A stretch of DNA of 64,000 bases, taken from Anaeramoeba ignava BMAN (taxonomy: Eukaryota; Protista; Anaeramoebae). Both the position numbers and the translations under genes were made by a program. This document shows, piece after piece, positions 47,480 to 58,300 of the stretch (its first letter is position 1; the number at the start of each line of letters is the position of its first letter). Under the pieces are notes generated by a model, which was not told the origin of the DNA, did no database searches, and saw nothing but the letters and a program-made list of their open reading frames with translations. The stretch covers positions 62,001-126,000 of the forward strand of contig JAPDFW010000135.1 of NCBI GenBank assembly GCA_028826165.1. The letters run 5' to 3'.

Positions 47480-48622
47480 TCAAAAATATGTTCGATGAAT
47501 AATTGTTGGTCCAATTTCATTATATTCATACAATGAAATACATCGGTCTTGAAAAGTAGAAAATGAAGCCAACATTGATCCACCAATCCAAGATGAATAT
47601 TTTCTTTCTTCAGGTGCAATAATTTTAACTTTCATTCCATTTTTTTCTGATAATTTAGATATTTCTTTTTTAAATCTTTGTTTGATTCCAGGAAACATTG
47701 AAGTTCCTCCAGATAAAATAATATTAGAAAATAAATCTTTTTTGATATCCTCATCACATTTCATAATTGAATCATAAATCATTTCATGAATTCCTTTTTC
47801 CTCTATTTCAATCAAAGAAGGTTGAAATAACGCTTCTGAACATCTGAATCTTTCTTTTCCAATTTTGATAATTCGACCATCAAATATTTCATAATTTTTT
47901 TCAATTAATTTTTCTTCTTGATTAATTTCTTTATCAAAATCCAAAGCAACATATCCAAATTTTTCTTTAATATCTTTAATAATTGCAATTTCAGCAGTTG
48001 TAGTCAAAGAATATCCTTTTTCTGTTAACATTTGTAATAAATAATCATTTAAATTTTTTCCTCCCAAATTTAATTTATTGATTGAATTTGATAAAACAGA
48101 GCTTTCATAAACAGGAACAACTTGAATAAAACCACCTCCCATTTCAACAACAATTCCTATTGGTATTCTTGTTGATATTAATGATAAAACAGATTGATTT
48201 TCAAGATAGAAAAAAGGAGTACAAAATGTTTCAAACATGATTTGAGTAATTTTCTCTTTATGTATTTTTGAATTGAAAACACTATCCATTAATAAAGCAG
48301 GATGTTCTTCAGGAGCAACTCTTAATTCATTATAAAAACAATGATGCCATATTTTTTCCATATCATCCCAATTTATTACTGTTCCATTTTCAATTGGATA
48401 TTTCATTCTTAATATTCCCCTTTTTGCAATTGCTTCATCTCCAATATATGCATCTTTTTGTCCCATTCCTACCATTACTCCCATATATGCTGGTCTTCCA
48501 ACTATTGATGGAATAATTGATCTTGGTTTTTCATCTCCTGCAAATCCTGATTTTGAATAAGTTGTTCCATTATCAAATATTACAATTAGATTTTCTTCCA
48601 ATGTATAATCACCAAAAATCAT
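47480..48622 (-). CDS. Divergent actin, copy 3
   Basis: Near-identical to copies 1 and 2. Confidence 0.95.
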   Translation of the reverse strand: MIFGDYTLEENLIVIFDNGTTYSKSGFAGDEKPRSIIPSIVGRPAYMGVMVGMGQKDAYIGDEAIAKRGILRMKYPIENGTVINWDDMEKIWHHCFYNELRVAPEEHPALLMDSVFNSKIHKEKITQIMFETFCTPFFYLENQSVLSLISTRIPIGIVVEMGGGFIQVVPVYESSVLSNSINKLNLGGKNLNDYLLQMLTEKGYSLTTTAEIAIIKDIKEKFGYVALDFDKEINQEEKLIEKNYEIFDGRIIKIGKERFRCSEALFQPSLIEIEEKGIHEMIYDSIMKCDEDIKKDLFSNIILSGGTSMFPGIKQRFKKEISKLSEKNGMKVKIIAPEERKYSSWIGGSMLASFSTFQDRCISLYEYNEIGPTIIHRTYF

Positions 48623-48730
48623 TTGTTTTTAAATTAAATTAAACAAAAATTTGTTTTGCTTTTCTTAATTTTGAAGAAATAAAAAAAATGAAAAAAAAAA
48701 TTTGGAAAGAAATAAAAAAAGTTTTGTTGA

Positions 48731-50176
48731 TTAAATGAAAAAAGTTTCAAGTTCATAAACCTGCCATTTATCAAAAGAACCAGCTAAATAGTTTTTGGAT
48801 TCATTTGTTCCGAATTTCATTCCAAAAGGAAGATTGTAGCTTCTTCCAAAAGATAATCTTCCAGGTTGTAAATCGGAATTTAAATCAATATCTCCATAAC
48901 CTTCACCTCCAAAAACGGGGCCATAATTTAAATTGTAATAAATGGCATGTTTTTCCTCGTTTCTTTTGATGGAAAACTTTTCTGGTTTGCGAGAGTTTTG
49001 GTAATCTCTTAAGGAAAAAATAAATGCATTTGAATCTTTAATATATCTATCGCTTCCTTTCTTAAATCCAACTTTTGTAAATCCTCCAAAGATAAAATTA
49101 GCTGTTGTTTGAATAATAACTAATGTTTTTCCTTTATTATCACACATATCATGCCATTTTTTACAATAGAATCCATCTCTTCTTGCTGAAAATCCCAAAT
49201 TCATTTTGGAAAAGAATTCATTATCATTTATCCATTCTTTTAATCTGTTGAAATATTCTTTTGTTTGAATGATTGATGATTGCAATCCAATTCTTGATTT
49301 GAAAATGAATGAATTTTGGTTTTGAATCAGCTCTCTTAATTTCATTTCATTTCCTTGATGGTTTCTGAGTGTTTCAAATTGGAGTAATGTTTGTGAAATT
49401 TGATTTGGAATTAAATTTTCGATCAAAGTTCCTTCAAGTTCTTTTGGTGAAAAATCAATAAATCTGATTTTATCAATCACATTTGAAATTTGATTCTGAA
49501 TTTGTTCCTTTTCTTGCTTATCAAGTCTCTGGTTATCTTTTTGTTGGTTAATATTGAGTTTATGCTTTCCCCATTTTATTAGTGCTTGGAAAATTTCAAA
49601 CTCATTTGTTATAATTTGATCATTTACTAAAATTGAATTTAAATGATTTTCTTCAAGTTGAAGGAAAAAAGGGGTTTTGATTAATATATCAAAATTTTCC
49701 AAAATAAATTGATAAGATGAGTCCATTAATTGATTAAAATTCATTGATTCAGATAGCTTTAGAATATCAACAATAGACTCAATTCGGAAATTGCTTTTAA
49801 TAAAATCTGAAGAAATTTCAATTAATTCATCAATTAAATATTTCGAAGAAAAAAACAAAATTTCAATTGCATTTTGTAATTCAAGTTCAATTTTTCCTGA
49901 ATAAAAATAATTCAAAATTGAAAATAGAGTTTGACTTGAAATATCTTTTAAGATCATTTGTTTTTCTTGTGAATCTTTCATTTCAGAATTAAAAAGTGAT
50001 TTAAAATATTGACTTCTTGTTGAAAGAATTGATTTATGAGTTTTAAATGAAATTGGATTTGTTTCTTGATTGAATTGGCAAATAATTTCAAAATCATAAT
50101 AGTTTTCGTCTTTTTGATTTTGGAATAAATTTTGTAAATCATTTGAAAGTTTTTCTAAATTTGAATAATTTTGCAT
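48731..50176 (-). CDS. BTB-BACK-TLDc protein
   Basis: YYDFEI..THKSILSTRSQYFKSLF BTB; FLQL..NEFEIFQALIKW..IRF BACK; TLDc motifs. Confidence 0.9.
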   Translation of the reverse strand: MQNYSNLEKLSNDLQNLFQNQKDENYYDFEIICQFNQETNPISFKTHKSILSTRSQYFKSLFNSEMKDSQEKQMILKDISSQTLFSILNYFYSGKIELELQNAIEILFFSSKYLIDELIEISSDFIKSNFRIESIVDILKLSESMNFNQLMDSSYQFILENFDILIKTPFFLQLEENHLNSILVNDQIITNEFEIFQALIKWGKHKLNINQQKDNQRLDKQEKEQIQNQISNVIDKIRFIDFSPKELEGTLIENLIPNQISQTLLQFETLRNHQGNEMKLRELIQNQNSFIFKSRIGLQSSIIQTKEYFNRLKEWINDNEFFSKMNLGFSARRDGFYCKKWHDMCDNKGKTLVIIQTTANFIFGGFTKVGFKKGSDRYIKDSNAFIFSLRDYQNSRKPEKFSIKRNEEKHAIYYNLNYGPVFGGEGYGDIDLNSDLQPGRLSFGRSYNLPFGMKFGTNESKNYLAGSFDKWQVYELETFFI

Positions 50177-50445
50177 TTTTATTAAGATAAAAAATGAAAA
50201 AATGAAAAAATCAAAAAAATTTTAAAAAAACAAAAAAAATAATTTTAATCGTTTTTAATTCTTATATACTTATTTTTCAATCCTCTTTTAATTTTAAGGT
50301 TATTTTTTTTTGATTGAAGGAATATTTTTCATTTCTTATAATTTTAATTTTTTTTTAAAATTTTTTTTTGTTTTTATTTTTTCATTTTTTCATTTTAAAT
50401 CATTCCAAATTTTCCGTTTTTATTTTTATTCTATTAATTTAAAAA

Positions 50446-51794
50446 ATGACAGAAAACTTATGTATAGATTATTATTATTCATAATTAAAACAAAAATCAA
50501 AAAAAAAAAAAATTTAATCCAATCATTTTTACAAATTAGTATCTCAACCTCTTATTGATAGCGAATATGAAAACAATTTTGATAATAATATTATTGGTGA
50601 AATTGAATATATAAATGATAACGAGTCAAAAACATCAGACGATGACTTAAATATTTCTTCAGGAAATGATGATTTACTTTATCGAAATCCACGAAAATCG
50701 AGTTATAAAAATTGAATTTAAACCAAGTTTTTATCGCAAATGGATTTTACCCCCGATTTAACAAGGGTTTTATGAGTAACTTTATTACTTTTTATGATCA
50801 TGATTATTGGCTTTTTCTTAAATATCTTTTGAGACATAATAAAAGTAATTCAAAATCAATTGAAAAAATTTTTTTAAATTAAATTAAATGAGAAAAATTT
50901 TTTTGCTTTTTTTAATCAAAAAAAAATTGGAAAAAAAAGATTCAGAAACACCACTTGATTATATTATTGCTTTTTGGATTGTTTGGGTTTGCTGGAGGAA
51001 TTACAAATTGGCTCGCAATCAAGATGTTATTTGATAAAGTTCCATTTCTTTATGGATCTGGTATTATTCCTCGAAAATTTAGAGAAATTCGTGAAACAAT
51101 TAAAAAATACAATTATGGCTTCTTTTTAATAAGGTTTTTAACAATCCCAAAAAAAAAATTTTTTTTCCTAAAATTTTTGATCCACTTTTTCTTTTTCTTT
51201 TTCTTTTTAGAATTTCCTTAAAAATTATTTAGAAAACAAATTGAGTACTTTTATAAAATTATTTAGTATTGAAGATAAAATTAAACAAGTAAAAAGCAAT
51301 TTTATATTTTATCAACTTTCATTTTAAAATGAAGGATCAATTGAATAATAATTAAATTGACAAACATTTTTAAAATTTTCTAATGAAATGATATTTAAAT
51401 AAACAACAAGTTAATTCAATCACCATCTGTTGATCATTTAATTGATCTTAAATTAGAAGAATTAAAACAAAGACCTGAAGGTAAAGTTTTATCGATGGTT
51501 GGTTTGGAGCCTGCAAAGCTCAAGCCTCTTATTCTGCCTTTTATTGGAGGTTTTGGAAATAGTTTATCACAAATTTCTGCAGATGCTTTTGGTGTTTCTG
51601 AAGTTTTTAATGCAGAAAATTTGAGAAAAGAAATTGATAATTTAATGACTGAAAAACTTAAAGAGTTAACCCCACAAGCTGTTAAAGCATTACTTGAAAG
51701 AGTCATTAGACATCATTTGGGTTGGCTTATTGTATGGGGAAATGTTTTTGGTGGCATCATTGGTATTATTTCTAAAGCTGCTCATTATTCTTGA
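50446..51794 (+). CDS. DUF445-like membrane protein, about 4 introns, several homopolymer indels
   Basis: FGLFGFAGGITNWLAIKMLFDKVPFLYGSGIIP and LTPQAVK.LLE.VIR.HLGWLIVWGNVFGGIIG. Confidence 0.75.
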
Positions 51795-51921
51795 TTTCCA
51801 AAAAATTTTTTGCTTGAAATTTTTCTTTTAATTTAAAAGAAGATTTTTTTGTGTTCAAAATAAACGTTTTTTTTCTTTTTTGCAAATTAAATGATTTTTT
51901 TTTTCTTTTTTTTTGATTGAT

Positions 51922-54274
51922 TTATTTATCATTTTCTAAATTTTCCCAAATTGCAGAAAAAGGATCTTTTTTAAGAATTTTTTCATTCTTTTCAATTTTT
52001 TCATTCTCTTCAATTTTTTCATTTTCAATTTTTGGGATTTTTTGAATAATAACTTCATGATCAAGATCTATCAACATTTTATTTTCTTTATTTTCTTTAT
52101 TTTCTTTTTTTTGATTATTTTCTTTTTTTTCATTATTTTCATTATTTTGATTATTTTCTTTTTTTTGATTATTTTTTTTCTTTTTCTCAATTATAATTAT
52201 TTTTGGAAGATCTGTTGTTTTCATAACATCTTCCACTTTTTGAATTGGTGGAAAATCATCTTCTTCAAAATTTTTATACCATCTAATAAATAATTCACAA
52301 ATAATTTAAAAAACAATCAACAATCAACATCAATATAATTTAAAATTATTATAAAATTAAAAAAATTTTTTTTTTCACTAACAATTTTTCAATATATTTT
52401 AATTGAATAAATTGTTCAATTTTTTTTCGATCTCCAGCTTTTGGAAATGGAAATTTTTCTTCTGTCCAATTTGCAAGATATTTTATTTTATCAACTCCAT
52501 TTCCTCCTTGAATTAATTGATTTAATTCTTCAGAACTAAAAGTTGAAACACCAACACCTTTAATTCTATGTGAAAAATGTCGACTAATAAACGTTTTGAA
52601 TTGTTTGTTTTTTTTTAATAGATATTTTTTTTCAAAAAAATATTATTTTTCTTTTTTTTAATTCATACTGAATTCCACTACAAATTGTACAAACAAATGT
52701 TGCATAAGGAAAACAAACATATTGTGGACCCTAATTAAAAATCAAAATCAAAAAACAAGAATTGAATTTTGAATTTTGAATTTGAATTTGAATTTGAATT
52801 TTGAATTTAAATTTGAATTTAAATTTGATTTTGAATTTGAATTTGATTTTGATTTTGAATTTTATTTTGAATTTTAATTTTAATTTGATTTTGAATTTGA
52901 ATTTGAATTTGATTTTGAATTTGAATTTGAATTTGAATTTGAATTTTGAATTTAAATTTTAATTTGAATTTTAATTTGAATTTGAATTTGAATTTGAATT
53001 TGATTTGAATTTTAATTTGAATTTGAATTTAAATTTGAATTTGAATTTGAATTTGAATTTGAATTTGATTTTGAATTTGAATTTTAATTTTGAATTTAAT
53101 TTTGAATTTTAATTTTAATTTTAATTTGAATTTGAATTTAAATTTTAATTTTGAATTTAAATTTGATTTTGATTTTCATTTTGATTTTGATTTTGATTTT
53201 GATTTTGATTTTGATTTTGAATTTTAATTTTAATTTGATTTTGAATTTGAATTTGAATTTTAATTTGAATTTGAATTTGAATTTTAAATTTTAATTTGAT
53301 TTTGATTTTGAATTTGAATTTGAATTTGAATTTGAATTTGAATTTGAATTTGAATTTGATTTTGAATTTGAATTTGAATTTGAATTTTAATTTTAATTTG
53401 ATTTTAATTTTAATTTTAATTTTGAATTTGATTTTGAATTTTAATTTTAATTTGAATTTGAATTTGAATTTGAATTTGAATTTGAATTTGAAATTTGAAT
53501 TTTAAATTTTAATTTTAATTTTAATTTGAATTTGAATTTGAATTTGATTTTAAATTTGATTTCGATTTGAATTTTAATTTTGAATTTGAATTTTAAATTT
53601 TAATTTGAATTTGAATTTGAATTTGAATTTTAATTTGATTTTAAATTTGATTTCGATTTGAATTTTAATTTTGAATTTTAATTTTGAATTTGAATTTTAA
53701 ATTTTAATTTTAATTTTGAATTTGAATTTGAATTTGAATTTGAATTTTGAATTTAAATTTGAATTTAAATTTTAATTTTGAATTTTAATTTGAATTTTAA
53801 TTTTGAATTTGAATTTTAAATTTTAATTTTAATTTTAATTTGAATTTGAATTTGAATTTGATTTTAAATTTGAATTTGAATTTGAATTTGAATTTGAATT
53901 TGAATTTTGAATTTAAATTTTGAATTTAAATTTTAATTTGTTTTGTTTTGTTTTGTTTTGTTTTGTTTTGTTTTGTTTTGTTTTGTTTTGTTTTGTTTTG
54001 TTTTGTTTTGTTGTTTTGTTTTGTTTTGTTTTGTTTTGTTTTGTTTTGTTTTGTTTTGTTTTGTTGTTTTGTTTTGTTTTGTTTTGTTGTTTTGTTTTGT
54101 TTTGTTTTGTTTTGTTTTGTTTTGTTTTGTTTTGTTTTGTTTTGTTTTGTCTTGTTTTGTCTTGTTTTGACAAACCAATTCTTGACAATTTGCACAAACA
54201 GAATTTTCTGGTTTTTTCATAAGTTTTTTTAAAATTATAGTAGATTTTCTTATATTATCTCTTTTATCTTGCAT
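51922..54274 (-). CDS. ArfGAP (AGFG/AGD14-like); first intron 52731-54175
   Basis: NSVCANCQEL|GPQYVCFPYATFVCTICSGIH RHFSHRIKG (CxxC-x16-CxxC-x4-R), GGN. Confidence 0.88.
52731..54175 (-). repeat. Intron with (CAAAA)n followed by (TTCAAA/AAAATT)n satellites
   Basis: Direct reading. Confidence 0.9.
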
Positions 54275-54369
54275 TATTATTTATTAATATTTAAAAAAAA
54301 TGAAAAAAAAATGAAAAGAAAATTTTTAAATTCATTTTTTTCATTTTTCATTTTTTTTCATTTAAAAAA
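54275..54369. promoter_or_regulatory. 95-bp bidirectional promoter (ArfGAP / nitroreductase)
   Basis: AAATGAAAA motifs on the left and TTCATTTT motifs on the right of a near-symmetric spacer. Confidence 0.6.
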
Positions 54370-55040
54370 ATGCTTTCAAACAATTTACCATCAAATTATT
54401 TTTCAAAATTTTTCAATAATTTAATTTACAAACAAACAACACAACAAACAAAAAAAATTCTTTCAGAAAAACCGAAAAAAAAAATTTTGTTTTAGAAACA
54501 ATTCAAAATCGAAGATCAACTAGAGCTTTTAAAAAAAATCAAGTTCCAAAAAAACAAATTGAAACAATAATAAATTCAGCACTTCTTTCCCCATCTTCGC
54601 GAAATCAGCAACCATGGAGAGCCCATATTGTTCGCAACGAAAAGTTATTGCGAGAAATAGGGACACATATCTATGATGAATTATCCCCACAAATTCCTCG
54701 TTTTTCTGAGCGAAAAAAGAAACTTAAGGTTTCAGAAACAGTTTTTTACGATGCTCCAACTGTCATCTTCATAACTATGGACAAATCTAGAGTTGTAACT
54801 GACAGATCCCAAATGGATATCGGTATCTTTCTCGGAATGCTCATTAATTCTGCCCAGTCATTGAAGATTGATTCTATTCCCATTGGAGTTATTTTGCGCA
54901 AACAAGATTATATTCATAAAAAATTATCTTTTAATGATAATGAAGTTTTGAAAGTCGCTTTAGCTTTGGGTTATAAAGATCCTGAGAGGAATATTGTTGA
55001 AAAGAAAGATTTTCTGAGTGAGATTGAATGGGTTAAGTAA
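54370..55040 (+). CDS. Nitroreductase-family flavoprotein with N-terminal extension; one indel in the A-runs at 54450-54483
   Basis: IQNRRSTRAF, LSPSSRNQQPW, FYDAP, DIG, ALGY. Confidence 0.88.
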
Positions 55041-55326
55041 TTTACTTGATTTTTTTTTTGGAATGATTTTGTTCCACTTTTTTTTTTTTAAACAAAATTT
55101 TTTTTGCTTTTTTTTTTTAAAGAAAAATTTTTTTTTCCAATTATTTTATTCCAATTTTTTTTTTGTTAATTTAAAAAAAAGAAAAAAAAAAAGCCTTTAG
55201 ATACATGTTTGTTTTAAAGAAAAATAAGCAAACATCACAAAAAAGGCTAAGATTTATAATTTTTTTTTTCAAAAAAAAAACCAAATCTATTTTCATTTAA
55301 TTTTAATCTATAATTTAATTTTAATT

Positions 55327-58300
55327 CTATTTTCTTTTTTTTAAATTTGTTTCTTGTTTCATTTTTAATTTTTCTTGATGATTTAAAAAACAATCTTGAC
55401 TACAATAAATTTTTGTTAAATTATTTGCTGGACAAAGTGGTCTTGTTAATAAAGTTCCACAATTAAAACATCTATACAAATGTAATCCAATTCCTACTTC
55501 ACAATTCTGTTTTCCAGATGAAAATTGTAATTCTGTATTTGAATTGAATTTATTTGAAATTGGAATTGGAATTGGATTTATTTTTTCAATTAATTTTAAT
55601 TCTTCAAAAAGAGGAACAAAATTAATTTTTTCTTTTTCTTTTTCTTTTTCTTTTTCTTTTTGAATTTGATTTTGATTTTGATTTTGATTTTGATTTTGAA
55701 TTTGATTTTGAATTTGATTTTGATTTTGATTTTGATTTTGATTTAAATTTTGGTTTTGATTTTGATTTTGATTTTGATTTTGATTTTGATTTTGATTTTG
55801 ATTTTGATTTTGATTTTGATTTAAATTTTGATTTTGATTTTGAATTTGAATTTGAATTTGATTTTGATTTTGATTTTGATTTTGATTTTGATTTAAATTT
55901 TGATTTTGATTTTGATTTAAATTTTGATTTTGATTTTGATTTTGATTTTGATTTTGAATTTGATTTTGATTTAAATTTTGATTTTGATTTTGATTTAAAT
56001 TTTGATTTTGATTTTGATTTTGATTTTGATTTTGATTTTGATTTTGATTTTGATTTTGATTTTTATTTTGATTTTGATTATGATTTTGAATTTGGTTTTG
56101 ATTTTGAATTTGAATTTGATTTTGATTTTGATTTTGATTTTGATTTTGATTTTGATTTTGATTTTGATTTTGATTTTGATTTTGATTTTGATTTTGATTT
56201 TGATTTTGATTTTGATTTTGAATTTGATTTTGATTTAAATTTTGATTTAAATTTTGATTTTGATTTTGAATTTGATTTTGAATTTGATTTTGAATTTGAT
56301 TTTGATTTTGATTTTGATTTAAATTTTGATTTTGATTTTGAATTTGAATTTGATTTTGATTTAAATTTTGAATTTTATTTTGAATTTGAATTTGATTTTG
56401 ATTTTGATTTTGATTTTGATTTTGATTTTGAATATCTTTTTCAGTGATATTTTCAATTTCAAAAATTCTCACTTTTCTGTATTCTGCGGTCCAAAAAAAT
56501 TTTTCATAATTAAAATCAGAAAAATTTGAGATTGATTTGAATTCAGGATTAATAGAAGTAAATTTAAAACAGTTTGAATTATCAATAATTTGAAAAAATT
56601 CACCATTTTTTAAAAGAATTGAAGCAGTCATCATTTTTTGGTTAATTATAGAATTTCCCCATTTTGCTTCAACAAAATCTTCAGATGTTGCGAAATTACT
56701 AAGCTTCCAAAAATATTTTTGTTGTTCAATTGAATTTGTTTTATTTTTTTCATAAATATCAATAAGAACTGCTCCAATTCCATTTAGATTTAAATTTTCA
56801 TTTAAATTTTGATTTGTATTTTCATTTGAATTTTCATTTAGATTTTGATTTAAATTTTGATTTGAATTTTGATTTAAATTTAGATTTAAATTTTCATTTG
56901 AATTTTCATTTAAATTTTCATTTAAATTTAGATTTAAATTTTGATTTGAATTTTGATTTAGATTTTGATTTAGATTTTGATTTAAATTTTGATTTGAATT
57001 TTCATTTAAATTTTGATTTAAATTTAGATTTGAATTTTGATTTAAATTTTGATTTAAATTTAGATTTAAATTTTGATTTAAATTTAGATTTAAATTTTGA
57101 TTTAAATTTTCATTTGAATTTTCATTTAAATTTTGATTTAAATTTTGATTTGAATTTTGATTTAAATTTTGATTTAAATTTAGATTTAAATTTTCATTTG
57201 AATTTTCATTTGAATTTTCATTTAAATTTTCATTTAAATTTAGATTTGAATTTTGATTTAAATTTAGATTTAAATTTTGATTTGTATTTTGATTTGTATT
57301 TTGATTTGTATTTTGATTTAAATTTTCATTTAAATTTTGATTTATATTTTCATTTGAATTTTCATTTATATTTTCATTTATATTTTCATTTGAATTTTCA
57401 TTTAAATTTTCATTTAAATTTTGATTTGAATTTTGATTTAAATTTTGATTTAAATTTTGATTTAAATTTTGATTTAAATTTTGATTTGAATTTTGATTTT
57501 GATTTTCATTTAAATTTTGATTTAAATTTTGATTTAAATTTTCATTTAAATTTTCATTTAAATTTTGATTTGAATTTTGATTTAAATTTTGATTTAAATT
57601 TTGATTTGAATTTTGATTTGAATTTTGATTTGAATTTTCATTTAAATTTTGATTTGAATTTTCATTTGATTCAATTTGAAAAACAACTAGTGCTTTTCCA
57701 TATGCTTTTTCTTCTGTATAAATTGTTGGATCTTCTGGATCCTTTGATGTTTTTTCTTTAATATTTGGAAATGAAATACAAAGTATTCTAACTTTTGTTG
57801 ATAAATTATTATTATTATTATTTTGATTTTCATTTTGAATCAAAGAAGGAAATAATAATTTATGATGATATTTATATTTTGTAATAAAAACAGTCGGAAC
57901 TGCACTTTCTTCAGATTCTCCTGAAGTTAAAGAACAATGATTTGCTCTTTTATACATTTGCTTAAAGTCTCTTAAGTTTTGAAATATTGCTCCTTTTTTG
58001 AGTTTTTTAGCTTTTTCACGAAGAATATTTTCATTTTCATTTTCATTTTCATTTAAATTTTGATTTTGATTTTGATTTTGATTTTGATTTTGATTTTGAA
58101 TTTGAATTTCATTTTGATTTTGATTTTGATTTTGATTTTCAATTTGATTTTGATTTTGATTTTGATTTTGATTTTGATTTTGAATTTGATTTAAATTTTG
58201 ATTTTGATTTAAATTTTGATTTTGATTTAAATTTTGATTTTCATTTTCATTTTGATTTTGATTTTGATTTTCATTTTGATTTTGATTTTGATTTTGATTT

